Source: Eledone cirrhosa (lineage: Eukaryota). From it: 64,000 bases of DNA. The stretch is taken from assembly GCA_964016885.1 (NCBI GenBank), contig OZ024740.1, positions 36,518,001-36,582,000 of the forward strand. Reading direction: 5' to 3'. The notes under the pieces are model-generated. The model made no database searches. It was not told the origin of the DNA and saw only the letters and a program-made list of their open reading frames with translations. Of this stretch, positions 14,426-24,577 are shown piece after piece. Made by a program: the position numbers and the translations under genes. Position 1 is the stretch's first letter, and every line of letters starts with the position of its first letter.

Positions 14426-16358
14426 TTACCTTTTCGTTTCCTGGAGATCGGGTTGTTCAATCTCCATTTCAGTTCTGGTGGGGGTTTGGGTGGGGTGGGG
14501 AACCATTATAATAAGACGCGGTCAATAGGTTTTTGACAGGGGTTGCCAACATCCTGCGAAAACTGTTCTTTCAATTTCTGATAGGTTTTTATCGAAACCC
14601 TTATTAGTTTTAGGTGTGGCGACGATTTTTCTTTGACGAAAGTCTTGCCTTCCGTCTCCACCTTGGGGTTTTGGGAGATGACTTCCATCAAACTCTTGTT
14701 GTTTGTGTTGATGTATGCATATTGTTGTTTGTGTTTTTGTTGTGTTGTTTTAGTTTGTTGTTCGTTCGGGAGTTTTCTTTTTATGGTGGGTGCTTGTGTT
14801 TGGTGTGGTGTTGGTGTTGGTTTTGCTGATAGGGGGGTGTTTGACTGTGGTGTTGTTTGTGTCTGTGGTTGTGTGTTGGTGTTGGTGATTGGAGTTTTGT
14901 GGGTTTTGTGGTATCTCTTATTTTGTTTTTTTAGATTTCCGAGGCTCTCCTTCTTCTTCACTTAAAGAAGGAGAAGCAGCCTCATCTATCGATGAATAAT
15001 CATCGTCAGGAGTGTCGGGTAGGGGTATGTTGTGTGGTGGTGGTGCTTCGGTGTGTGTGTTTGTGGTAGTGTTTGATGGAGTGGGATGGGTTGGGGCTGT
15101 GTTCTTCAGGGGTGTTGTCTGTGTTTTTTTTCTGTTGTTGTTAGTTGAGTGGCTGTTTGTTTTGGTGTGTTTGCTCGTTTCATCTGTTGTACTTGTGGTG
15201 GTGGTTGTTTTTGGTGTTGGTGTTGGTAATAGTGTTTTTTTAATGATGATGTTGTGGTGTGTTTGTGAAGGACAGGAAGCCTTTAGGTGTGTTGTGCTAC
15301 CACAGCGAAAGCAACGAGGTTTACGTCCCTCCACCGAAATGTTTATTTTGTTGTTGTCGTCGATGACGACTTTTTCGGGTATTTTGGAGATTCTCTCCGG
15401 CCTCATCTGCTTCAGAATCTCCAAATCAGTACCCGCCCACCTTTGTGGTGGGTGTGGGCAATAGTCCTTTTTGGGGGACACGTTTCGGGCAGTTAGCCTT
15501 AATGTGTCCCCTTTCCATGCATAAATAGCATGCTGGTCTTCTCCCTTCTACAATTATATCTATTGGGGTGAGCTCATCCAGCCAGATGCGATCCGGGATT
15601 TGTGCTATTCTTTCGGGCCTCATTTGGACTAGTAGGTCGAGGCCCATTCCCAGGAACGCATCTCCGGATGCCTTCCCCATTGACAGCACTGTGTCCTCGC
15701 CCATGACTATGAAGCCAGCAATAGCCCACCAGAAGTCCATTGTGGGCAGCATTGTTTGTAATTTTACTCTCTGTGTTCTTCTACCCATGTAGGAGGGATA
15801 GAAGCTGTATGTTGTCGATGAGAGTGGGCTTATGGAAAGCTTCTCCGCCGTTTCCTTGTCTTTTGTCAGGACCGAAATGCTGCCATAGAGTCGGTCCTTT
15901 CGTATGAAGAGAATATTCTTCATATAGTCTTTTAGGACCAACTCTATCTCCATTTGGCTGGGCTGTGCTGGCTTTCTTGTTTCGTTTAGGATTGTTCTGA
16001 AGAGAACTGTGTTCTCTGTTCTCGCTTTCTTGAATTCTGGGGGGGAGTTAATGGAAAACATTCCATTCTCCCCCAAAACAATGTGTTTCTTTGCTTCGGC
16101 CAGTTTTTCTCTGGCGGCCGTTAGGTCAATTGGTGTGTATGTAATGGATTGTTTTGTTTTCTGGGCGAAAGTTGCCCTGTTGTTATTTGTATTATTTTCT
16201 GTTTGTTTGTTTTCCGTTTGCTCATTTTCCTTAACATTTGTTTTTTCATTTTCTTTGTTTGTTTCGTTGTCTAATTTTGTTGTAATTATTTTTTGTTCTT
16301 CAGACTTGGGGGGCGTGGCAGAGCTAATGGTAGACATGTCTGCTATCTTTTCCGCCAT
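14426..16358 (-). pseudogene. Copy B ORF1, a fusion of two subfamilies
   Basis: CYLCMERGHIKANC (15426-16385 ORF), then a second QMRPERI...VEGRKPRCFRCGSTTHLKASC (14918-15481 ORF); ends ...QETKR-TAA. Confidence 0.82.
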
Positions 16359-16561
16359 GCTGCCAAGAACGAAATTTTTCGGCAAAATTAGATATTTATT
16401 TTACCCCCTAAAAAGGGGGTAAATGCAAAAATGTTTCCCTAAATAACAGGGGTTAGTGTTCCAAATGTGTTGCACTGAAAAAATTTATCCGGTACTTACA
16501 ATAGTAAGGGTAAATCCCGATGGAATAGCGGAGCCGATGTGAAGCGTGTCTTACTCTATCA

Positions 16562-16589
16562 AGATAGATAGATAGATAGATAGATAGAT
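16562..16589. repeat. (GATA)n junction between copies C and B
   Basis: AGATAGAT... about 7 units. Confidence 0.9.
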
Positions 16590-16801
16590 TTCTTTATTTA
16601 CCATAAAGGCATAAAAAGAAGGGACAAATACAAAGGGGAGTTTACATATAATCGAGTAAAAAGGGTATAAAATGAAAATAATCGAAAACAACCTCAAAAG
16701 GGAGGGACGTGATGGGGGTTGCACAGACCCCCGAAAAAGTGTGCAATCCTTTGCCCGGGGAGCACATGGAGAAGGTGCTCCCCTCTCCTTCACTTCTTTA
16801 C

Positions 16802-19800
16802 CTACAGGATGGTATACAGAGAAGGCCCATTTACACGAGCCATTCTCGCCACTATCACCCACCTTTCATAAAACTGCCTGTGGCCAAGCACCTCTCTCTC
16901 CATTCTTATCCTTCTTCCGAAGTGATATCGGAAGAAGTAGACCAGACTATGGCCAGAGAGGAAGTTTCCTGACCTCAGACCTTTCAATCGTTTCCACCAA
17001 ACAACCTCTTTCAACATGGCTATTACGCACAGAAAAACCGCCTTTGCTTCCTTTGTGAAGAGGGGAGGCGGTTTGATTGTCATCACGGACTCGGCGGTCA
17101 ATTGAATCGGCGCCACCCGCGACAGCAGTCGTTCGGCGTAGCCCCACAGATCAGCCACGCCCGGACATTGCACCAATGCGTGCGCAACGGTTTCTTCGTG
17201 ACGCACGCATCTAGGGCAAATCTTTTTCGAGGGATCCCTGCCCGGGCGCCCGTGTCTGTAGAGCCTCTCTCGAACGGGTAGAGCCCCCCGGTAGCACTGC
17301 CAGGCTAGTGACTTCTGGAAGTTGTCCATTGGTCCCGGGCCGAAAGTCCTACCAAACAGGCTGGCCAGTTCGTCCTCCTCAATGTCCAGCGACTCTCCAA
17401 GGGTGTCATCGCCCCTGCTAGCCACCAGCCCTCTATAGAATGATGAGGTGGATTCTCCACCGATGGCCTGGCCCGCTTGCCAGAGAGCCCTGAGCGCCTG
17501 GGCACACTCAGTGTGCCAGTCTCCCAGTTTTCCGGATCTTTGCTTGACCCAGGACTGCAGCTCGGTGAGCGAGACGAGTCTCGGAAAGGCTCGTTTCACG
17601 AACGGAGCCCACAGCGGTTGACCAGTGAGGAATACCTGTAGGTGCCGTAGCCTTAATGCGTGCCTACGCATCATCAACCACGGCATCCCCAGCCCTCCTT
17701 TCGAAGGTTGTTGGCAGCAGATGGATCTTCTCACCATAGGAGGGCGCTTCTTCCAAAGAAATTGGAAGAGCATGCGTTCCATGGTGGTGAGTGTTTCCTT
17801 AGGGCAAGGCACGACAGTCAGGCGGTAGTAAGTGACGGACGCTATGTAAATGTTCGCCACCTCCGCCCGGCCTTTTAGGGACAGCTTACACTTGGCCCAT
17901 TTCTGGGTTAGTGCAAACACCTTGTTTGTAACCTCGTCCCAGTTCTTTTCCACCTGGAGGTCCGGTCCAAACCAGACCCCAAGCAACTTTACCGGGCCCT
18001 CCGTCCAGTGTCCGACGACACCGTCGGGAGGCATCGGTCTGCCTCTCCACGTTCCGAGTTGCAGCCCGATGGATTTTTCCCGGTTCAGTTTCGCTCCTGA
18101 CAACCTTTCGTAATCCTCCAGTAAGGTACCGATCGTCTCGATCTCCGAGTCGGTCGATACCATTACTGTTACGTCATCGGCGTAGGCCGACACCGCTTTG
18201 CTCAATCCTGGTTCCAGGGGGATACCCTGCAACAACTCTAACTTCCTCAGTAAAGGCTCGAGAGTCAATACGTACAGAAGGGAGGAGAGAGGGCACCCCT
18301 ATCGAATGGATCGTGTGATTTCGAACCGCTTCGAAAGGTAGCCGTTCACCTTGATCCTAGAACAGATGTGGTTGCTGTGTAAGGCAGTGATCCAGCCTCT
18401 GAAAACAGGACCGAACCCAGCCGCCGCTAGCACCGCATCCAGGTAACCATGGTCGACCCTATCGAAGGCCTTAGACTGATCCAAGTTGATCAGGGCCCCA
18501 CCGAAGCCGGGTTTGTTGCCAACCCTCTCTATGATGTATCGCATGAGGTGGAGGTTATCGTGAATGGACCTGGATGGGATAGCACATGTCTGCGCATCTC
18601 CCACCAGGCTACCCACGACAAGCGCCAACGTCTTTGCTAACACCTTGGCCAAAATCTTTAACTCTGTATTTAGCAGCGTTATGGGCCGAAAATTATTTAT
18701 ACTATCCCCCTTGTTCTCGTCCTTCCTCACCAGCGAGACTACGCCCTTGGCTACAGAACAAGGAATTCTCCCGTTCTGCTGCCAATTGCAGTAGACCGCT
18801 TCGAGGAGTTCGGAGAAGAAGACCGGCATTGCTAAATAAAGTTCGTAAGGTATACCATCGAGACCTGGAGATTTGCGTCTGCTGCATTGGCTCAGCGCAT
18901 CTCCGATCTCATCAGCCGAGATTGGTCCCTCGCAGGACTCTGCCTCTTCGCTCGAGAGACGCGGCAGGCCGTCGAGGTATGGACCGAAATCCACGTCCCC
19001 GCCCGAACCCTCGCCTCCCCCGAATAATCGGGCAAAGTGCCTTTGAAAGGCCTCGCACGTCTGCTTAGGCTCCCGGATCACCCGTCCATCCTCGTCTTGC
19101 AACGACCGGATGGTGGATCGATTTCCACTCTTAGCTTCTGTCACGCGGGCCCAGCCAACGGCTTTGGCCCCCTCATTACCTAGAGCACATATTTTACTTC
19201 GAATGACGCAGCCTTCGTGCTTTTCATCGAAAAACTGGTTCAAGGCCGTCCTCGATGCCAGCATTCTGGCCACATCTTCGCTCTTGATTGCCTCTTCTAA
19301 TTTACCTGTTAATTCTTTCTCATTTCTATTCCTATCGGCAGCTAACATCTTGCTATAACTTATTGATTCTGTTCTAATCTCTCTTTTGAGAGATGCCCAC
19401 CATCGGTTGTTGACGATTGCACCCGTCAACCTCTCTTTAACTAATCTGCTAATCCGGTTTCTGTAAGTCTCTTTTGCCGGTAAAGACAAATTAAGTTTCC
19501 AGTAACCGGGACCCTGTTTATGTGTTTTCTCGAGATTGACTACGCAGGTCACTAATTTGTGATCCGTATAGCCAACCGTGCGCATTTCTGGACAGCTTAA
19601 TATGTCCCTATCCTTACTTCTAACTAAGAATCTATCTAAGTACGATCTAGATTGACCACTGTGGTTTCTCTAAGTCCAGGTAGGCACAGTTGGAAAATCT
19701 AGTCGATATCTATCGACCAAGTTAAAACGGTCGAGTAACCCCTTGAGGCTGTTACACCCCCCTCTATTAGGACATGCTCCTGCATAGTCTCAACGTGCAT

Positions 19801-20239
19801 CTAGGATGTCATTCCAATCCCCCGCTAGAAGCAGGGAACGCGACGTTCCCAGAAAAGTCTCCAAACGCTGGAAGAAGTCGGGCCGTTCAGCTCCGAAAGG
19901 GGAGTAGACGGCGACCAGTCTCAAGGCCGCACCTTCACTACTGGCAACGTCTAGCACCAACAAACGACCCTCCGGGTCCGAGTGAACAACCTGTACGGCA
20001 AGACCCAGGTGTTTTTGCAGCAGTACGACAACCCCACCCCCACCTCCAGGTTGACAGAGAGATGCATGCACCTCAAAGTCATCGAAGGTAGGGGCCAGCT
20101 GTCGCACGACGCTGATCCGAGTCTCACAGATAACCATTACATTTATACCACATGACCTGAGGTCATTTAGAAGCTTTGCTTGCTTCCAAGTTGAGCCCAG
20201 GCCACGTGCATTCAAACATCCTACTCTTAACACATCTAT
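16802..20239 (-). pseudogene. Copy C ORF2 (~1145 codons; APE, RT, C-terminal CCHC) in one frame with three nonsense codons
   Basis: ORFs 19790-20233, 18299-19585 and 16802-18268 share a frame; stops at 19790, 19670 and 18299; YADD; CPRCVRHEETVAHALVQC; the expected start reads ATA. Confidence 0.9.
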
Positions 20240-20272
20240 GTGGGCGGGAGAGCCAAAGGAGAGTGTAGAGAC

Positions 20273-22185
20273 CTACCTTTTTGCTTCCCGGGGTTCGAGT
20301 CGCACGACTTCCATGGGGTCGGGGGTGTTGGGTGAAGGGGTGTCTTGTGGTGGTGTGGGGTCGTCAGTGTGTGGTGGGGTTGGGGTGTTTGGAGTTCTGT
20401 TGGGGAGGGGAAGGGGAGGGGGAAAGCTTTTTAGTAGGACGCGGTTTATGGGTTTGACAGAGGGTCGTCCTACGTCCTCCTTAAAATCCTTTTTTAGTTT
20501 TTGGTAGAGGTTCATTGGGATCTTTATTAATTTTAAATGTGGGTAGTTTTCTGAAGAAACAAAGTTTACACCTTCGGTTTGTACCGAAGGATTATTGTTT
20601 ATGAGTTCATTTAATTTATTATTGTTTCTGTTGATGTAAGTATAGTGTAATGTCTTTTTTTCGGATGGTGTGAGTGTTTCGAAGAGGGGAGGGGCAGGTT
20701 TGGTTTTGTTTGTTGCTGGAGGGGTGTTTTGTGTTTTGTTGGATTGTGTTGACATTTGGGTGGGGGTTGTTTGGCCTTGTGTGTTTTACACATGCTTTCT
20801 TTTTTTCCTTTTAATCTGTCTGAAGGACTCCGTTTCTTCCTCCGAATTCGTTGGGTTATCTTCAGTGTTGGAGGGAAGAGGTATGTTTGCTGGTAATATT
20901 TCCGTGTTGGTTTTCTTTGTGGGGGAGATGGATATCACTATGTTAGACTGTGTTGTGTGTTGTGGCTGCGGTGGTTGTGTTGTTTTATTGAGTGAGGGGT
21001 TGGGTGGGGCTGTATTTTATTTTGGGTAATGTGTTGTGACTGTTTGTGTTGTGGTGGTGGTGTAGTTTTATTGAGGGACGGGTTGGGTGGGACTGAGTTT
21101 TGTTGTTTGTTTATCTGTTGTGGTGGTGGTGGTGGAGCTGGTGTTGGTAGCAGGGTTTTCTTTTTGTTGAGTTGGGGACAAGCCGCCTTCAGGTGCCCTC
21201 TGCCTGCACAGATATGGCAGGATGGCCTTCTCCCCTCCACGCTAATGTTTATATACCCGTGGTCCTCTAATAGGATTCTGTCGGGTATTTGGGCGATGCG
21301 TTCAGGCTTCATTTGCACTACAAGCTCTATACCTGTTCCACTGAACGCATTGCCTGTGGTTTTCCCAATGGAAATCACGTTGTCATTCGCTGGATCGATG
21401 AAGCCAGCTATGAGCCAGCAGTAGTCCAGATCTGGCATCATTGCATCCAGCCATATGCGTTGAATTCTTTTACCCATATAAGATAGATAAAAGGTAAAAT
21501 TTTTCGAACGAATCGGTGACAAAGCACATTTTTTTGCCGCCGATTCGTTCTTCACAATGATCGCTAGGCTTCCATACAGTCTGTCTTTTCTTATGAAAGT
21601 GGTTTCATTAAGTACTTCTGTGAGTACTGTTGTGATTTCTGTTTGAGTTGGCTGTTCAGGTTTTTTAGAAGTGTTGTTGATGGTGCGGAAAACGACCGTT
21701 CGACTTTCAATGTCTTTGGTGAGTTCTTGAGGCATTTTTACCGATAAAATACCATTCTCTCCTTCAGTTATATATTGTTTGGCGTCTGCAATTCTTTGTG
21801 CCACATCTGAAATATTTTCAGGTATATATGTCAAAGATTTCTTTGTTGTTTGTGCAAATGAAATCTTATTGGTGTTGACTTTGTCGTCTGCTTTGCTTTC
21901 TGTTATGATGTTGTTTTCAAATGTTATTTTTGTGTTTGTTGTGTCTTTGTTTGTGGTATTAATATTGTCATGCAATTTTTCAAATTTTTTTTTTTCGTTG
22001 TTGGAATCCATGTCCAGATTTGTGTTTTCGTCATTTTTCTCCGCAGATTCGTCTGTTTTTATTTTATTTTTTCCTTCCGTCTCTATGACGTTAGTTGGGA
22101 AGGAAGGGGGGGGGACTAAAGCGTGCGAGTTTACAACTCTTACCGCTGTCCCCCCACCACTATTTTCGTTAGCTTCGTTTAACAT
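20273..22185 (-). pseudogene. Copy C ORF1 (CCHC knuckle), frameshifted in the low-complexity linker
   Basis: 415-aa ORF with CHICAGRGHLKAAC, plus 160-aa C-terminal ORF ending EPREAKR. Confidence 0.85.
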
Positions 22186-22411
22186 TTCTGTCAGACGATT
22201 GAAATTTTTTATGCCACAAAATTTTTAAAAACAGGTTTTTCACCCCTAGGAGGGGTAAAGATGAGCTGACCCACCGCCTGACAGTTCAGACGGGGGGTCA
22301 AGCTACACAATAGTATCAAAATTAAAATTGAACTTACAAAATTTCCGCAATAAATTTGAACAAAACTTCTGCGCGAAGTGAATTACATCTACGCTGTAGA
22401 ACAGACGACAG

Positions 22412-22436
22412 CTAGATTAATAGATAGATAGATAGC

Positions 22437-22478
<42 letters not shown>
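22412..22478. repeat. (GATA)n junction between copies D and C
   Basis: About 16 units with interruptions. Confidence 0.9.
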
Positions 22479-24577
22479 TGTTTCTTTATTAGCCACATGG
22501 GCACAAAAGAAGGAGACAAATACAAAGGGGGAAGTTTACATACAATAAAAACGTGTAAAATATTATCACAAATGCAATTTAAAAGTTAATCGATTTTCCC
22601 CAATAGGGGGAGACATTTCATATGGGTAACACATACCCCCGAAAAAATGTGCAACCCTCATCTCCAGGAGCACGAAGAGTTTGTACTCCTTTCCTCTCTT
22701 CCTCTTTTTCCTCAACCTACAGGCTGATATAGAGAGAAGGCCCATTCACTCGCGCCATTCTCGCCACTTTTACCCACCTTTCATAAAACTTGCTGGGGTA
22801 CAGCACCTCTTTATCCATCCTGATTCTTCTTCCAAAGTGGTATTTGAAAGAAAGAATCAGTTATTGGCCGGAGAGAAAGGCGTCTGACCTCAGCCCTTTT
22901 AACCTTGTCCACCATAAATCTCTTTCGCCATAGCTATCACTCACACAAAGGAAAACCGCCTCTCTTCGTTTTTGAAGGAGGGTGGAGGTTTGATCATGAC
23001 AATGGACTCGGTGGTCAAACGGATTGGTCCCACTCGCGACAATAGTCGTTCTACAGAGCCCCACAGGTCGGTAACGCCCGGGCAGTGTATGAGTGCGTGC
23101 GCGACAGTTTCTTCGTCTCGCACGCATTTTGGACAGATCTTTTTCGAAGGGTCCCTTCCCGGGCGCCCATGTCTGTAGAGCTTGTCTCGAACTGGTAGAG
23201 CTCCTCGGTAGCATTGCCAGGCCAGGAACTTTTGGAAGTTGTCCAACAGTCCCGGGCGGAAGGTCCTACCGAATAGACTGGCCAGTTCGTCTTCCTCTAC
23301 GCCTAGAGCTTCTCCGAGCGCGTCGTCGTACTTGCTGCGGATCAACCCTCTATAGAATGACGAAGTGGAGTCTCCACTGATCACCGGGTCCGTCTGCCAG
23401 AGGGCTGTGAGCGCCTGAGCACAGTCGATGTGCCAGTCGCCCATTTTCCTCGGTCTTTGCTTAACCCAAGACTGCAGCTGGGTCAGCGAGACGAGTCGTG
23501 GGAAGGCTCGCCTCACGAACGGGGCCCACACCGGTTGTCCGGTGAGGAATACGTAGTATTGCCACAGCCTGAGCACGTGTTTGCGCATCGTCAGCCACGG
23601 CATCCCCAGCCCTCCGTTGGAAGTGTGTTGGCAGCAGATGGATCTTCTCACAAAAGGAGCCCGCTTCTTCCAAAGGAATTGGAAGAGCGCGCGCTCCATT
23701 TTGGTGAGCGTTTTGGCTGGACAAGGCACGACGGTCAAGCGGTAGTAGATGGCGGACGCTATAAAAGTGTTCGCCACCTACGCACGACCTTTCAAGGATA
23801 GTTTGCACTCGGCCCACTTCTGGGTGAGTGAAAACACCTTCGCCGTCACCTCGTTCCAGTTCTTCTCCACCTGGAGGTCCGGACCAAACCAGACCCCGAG
23901 CAGCTTTACCGGTCCTTAGGTCCAGCGTCCGACGACGCCATCGGAAGGCATCGGTTTTCCTCTCCACGATCCGAGTTGCAAACCGAGGGACTTGTCCCGG
24001 TTGAGCTTCGCTCCTGTGAACCTTCTGTATTCTTTCAGTAATGTGCCGACTTCCTCGATTTGCGACGTGCTCGACACCATTACTGTAACGTCGTCGGCGT
24101 AGGCCGACGCCGCTTTCCGCAGTCCCGGTTCCAGAGGGATGCCCTGCAATAACTCCAAATTCCGCAGTAGTTGCTCGAGAGTCAGTACGTACAGAAGGGA
24201 GGAGAGAGGGCATCCCTGTCGAATGGATCGCGTGATATGGAACGGCTCCGAGAGGTAGCCGTTCACCTTGACCCTTGAGCAGATGTTGCTGTTGTGCATT
24301 GTAGCAATCCAGCCCCTGAACACGGATCCGAAGCCCGCCGCCTCGAGCACCGCATCCAGGTAACGATGGTCGACCCTATCGAAAGCGTTAGACTAACCCA
24401 AGTTGATCAGGGCCCCACCGAAGCCAGGTTTATACCCTACTGTCTCTATGATGTATTGTATCGCATGAAGTGGAGGTTGTCGTGTATGGACATGGTCGGG
24501 ATTGCGCATGTCTGCGCTTTTCCCACCAGGTTTTCGACGACAAGCGCCAGCCTCTTTGTCAACACCTTGGCCAAAAT
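22479..24577 (-). mobile_element. Tx1 copy D: RT through 3' end, same subfamily as A
   Basis: 3' UTR and RT are near-identical by eye to 5495-7000; retains the zinc finger CPKCVRDEETVAHALIHC. Confidence 0.88.

Larger units (their letters stand above)
10810..16561 (-). mobile_element. Tx1/L1-clade copy B (chimeric ORF1)
   Basis: Same architecture as A; 3' AATAAA then (ATCT)n; ORF1 has two zinc-knuckle modules. Confidence 0.9.
16590..22411 (-). mobile_element. Tx1/L1-clade copy C, full-length (~5.8 kb) and the most intact
   Basis: 5' UTR, ORF1, ORF2 and 3' UTR all present; flanked by (GATA)n on both sides. Confidence 0.92.
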
